Assembly: GCA_002269645.1 (NCBI GenBank)
Contig: NIVC01002881.1
Coordinates: forward strand, 62,001-126,000
Length of the DNA stretch: 64,000 nt
Source: Macrostomum lignano
Lineage: Eukaryota
Direction of reading: 5' to 3'
Shown one piece after another: positions 61,979 to 64,000 of this stretch (positions within the stretch are counted from its first letter, which is position 1; each line of letters begins with the position of its first letter). A model generated the notes under the pieces. It ran no database searches. It worked only from the letters and a program-made list of their open reading frames with translations, and had not been told where the DNA came from. Made by a program: the position numbers and the translations under genes.

Positions 61979-63559
61979 TCACCAGTTGCACTTTGACAGG
62001 GTCATAAAGTACACCTGCGAGCCGTTGCCTGACTTGGCGCTGGTGAAGAATACCTGAGAGTTATAATAATAATAATAATACCAAATTAATAAATAAAAAT
62101 ATCATTATAAGTCAGATAAACGAGAAGGATAGTTTAGGGATAGAAAATGTTGCGTCATAAAAAAACTACTTCACTGATTACGTAATAAGCATGGATGCCC
62201 GAGGCTGGGCAGGGAACTCTGAGAGAAATATAGAAAGCCAATCGAGCTTAGAAAATGTCTCTACAGACCACAGGGAGTTAGCGATTAGCTAGGATGGCAA
62301 GCCAGCAAACTGCGCAAAATGCTTCAATGCATGCAGCTACCAAATATAGATTGCAAGTTTGTTCATCTAGTTGAACACGCAGAATTTTTTCCAGAAACTA
62401 AACACCCACAGAATTCCCCTAAAATGTTAAATCCACAGGAGAATTCTCCTAGAGAATGATAATCTACAGAATTCCCCTAGAGAATGTTAAATCCACAGTA
62501 GAATTAATTCCCTTTAAGAATGTTAAATCCACAATAGATTTCCCCTAGAGAATGTTAAATCCACAGTAGAATTCCCTTTAAGAATGTTAAATCCACAATA
62601 GATTTCCCCTAGAGAATGTTAAATCCACAGTAGAATTCCCTTTAAGAATGTTAAATCCACAATAGATTTCCCCTAGAGAATGTTAAATCCACAGTAGAAT
62701 TCCCTTTAAGAATGTTAAATCCACAATAGATTTCCCCTAGAGAATGTTAAATCCACAGTAGAATTCCCCTTAAGAATGTTAAATCCACACGAGAATTCCC
62801 CAAAGAATTTTTAATCCACAAGAGAATTTCCCTGGAGAATGTTAAATATACAGGGGAATTCACCTAGAATCATTAACCCAGACAGAATTCCCCTCAAATG
62901 AACCTAAACAGTAAACACATAGGTCTCTCAAAAAGAAACTAAGGCACCCAGATAATTCCTCTCAGAAACTGATCCGCTGCTCAAAGCCTATTAAGACTCA
63001 CCTTGTCGCTCTTCTCGCACAGGAACTTGAGCTTCTGCTCCCGCCGGTGCATGAACACGCCATCCAATTGTCCAGTGTCCACAGCCCGAATCTCAATGGC
63101 TTTATTGCCCCAGCCCATAAACTGGCCAGTGCTGATATAAGCAACACTTGAAGGCGGCTCGGCCCAGTGCACCACAACGTCCTTGAGCCGGCGTCCATTG
63201 GTGTCGTAATACACACCTTCGTTATTGTACAGAAGCAACAGGTGCCGTCCCTGACTGTCCGGCAGGATTACAATAGCGTGAGGCTTAACATCTCCCGGAT
63301 CAACTGAGCTCGGCACGAACACATCTAAATAGGCATTCGAATCCAGGTCGATAGCGTGAAATCCGCAGTTGGATCCGTACAGTACCTTCATCTTTGTATC
63401 GTTCTCGAATGTTAAATCAACCGTGATTGGCGTGTAGGGCAAACCCGTGAACGATTTGAAGGCCATGAACTGGTTGTTGGGCTTGGGCGCCCAGGCATAC
63501 AGTTCGATGCTGTCCTTCAGGGCTATCACTAGGAATTTGATGCGCTCGTAACGGACAAC
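61979..63559 (-). CDS. MAP4K4: 3' end (CNH domain) of a misshapen/MAP4K4/MINK1/TNIK Ste20 kinase. Exons 63559-63002 and 62053-61979; the rest lies beyond the right edge
   Basis: [27 protein letters not shown]...FMAFKSF...[23 protein letters not shown]...[10 protein letters not shown]|[19 protein letters not shown]...W-stop. Both introns are phase 0. Confidence 0.95.
62420..62870. repeat. 32-bp repeat AGAATGTTAAATCCAC...ATTCCC with alternating A/B units (misshapen last intron)
   Basis: Tandem copies. Confidence 0.9.
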
Positions 63560-63689
63560 CTGCGAGTTGAAATGGGGATTTGGGTGCAATATTATGGGCT
63601 GCGTTCTGGCTGGATTCTTTTATTTGTCTGTCTGTCTGCTGTCCTGCGTTTGTGCCCATCTACTCTCAGTATCTGTTCATCTACTCTCA

Positions 63690-64000
63690 GTGTTTGTCCA
63701 TCTATTTTCAGTGTCTGTCGGTCTCTGAGTCCTAGTGTCTGTCGGTCCCTAAGTCCTAGTGTCTGTCCCTGAGTCCTAGTGTCTGTCGGTCCCTGACCCT
63801 GAGTCTTAGTGTCTGTCGGTCCCTAAGTCCTAGTGTCTGTCGGTCCCTAAGTCCTAGTGTCTGTCGGTCCCTAAGTCCTAGTGTCTGTCCCTGAGTCCTA
63901 ATGTCTGTCGGTCCCTGACCCTGAGTCTTAGTGTCTGTCGGTCCTAAGTCCTAGTGTCTGTCGGTCCCTAAGTCCTAGTGTCTGTCCCTGAGTCTTAGTG
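63690..64000. repeat. 24-bp repeat CTAAGTCCTAGTGTCTGTCGGTCC (misshapen intron)
   Basis: Tandem copies running to the window edge. Confidence 0.9.

Overview
Eukaryotic (animal) genomic DNA, not prokaryotic: spliced genes with GT-AG introns, and roughly 40% of the window (about 26 kb by my tally) in about 35 different tandem-repeat arrays. The style (GC-rich exons, introns filled with 20-24 bp minisatellites) suggests a flatworm such as Macrostomum; that is an inference only. Contents from left to right: (1) debris of Ty3/Gypsy-like LTR elements, including a stop-interrupted integrase, a possible accessory ORF with a SUMO-interaction-like motif, and two LTR-like blocks; (2) a 4-exon LMAN2/LMAN2L (VIP36/VIPL) lectin gene on +; (3) a 2-exon type-I membrane protein with a degenerate C-type-lectin-like domain on +; (4) a 4-exon FLYWCH zinc-finger gene on -; (5) a gene-poor stretch of about 15 kb with possible decayed exons; (6) an intact Src/Frk-like SH2-kinase gene on - that has lost the catalytic Lys, the DFG Asp and the Gly loop, so a predicted pseudokinase (the best finding); (7) MOCS2A on - with no visible start exon and no linked MOCS2B; (8) the last two exons of a misshapen/MAP4K4/TNIK gene on -. 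Most long ORFs in the supplied track are artefacts of stop-free tandem repeats. No tRNA, rRNA or CRISPR array is supportable. All protein assignments come from motif recognition, not database searches.
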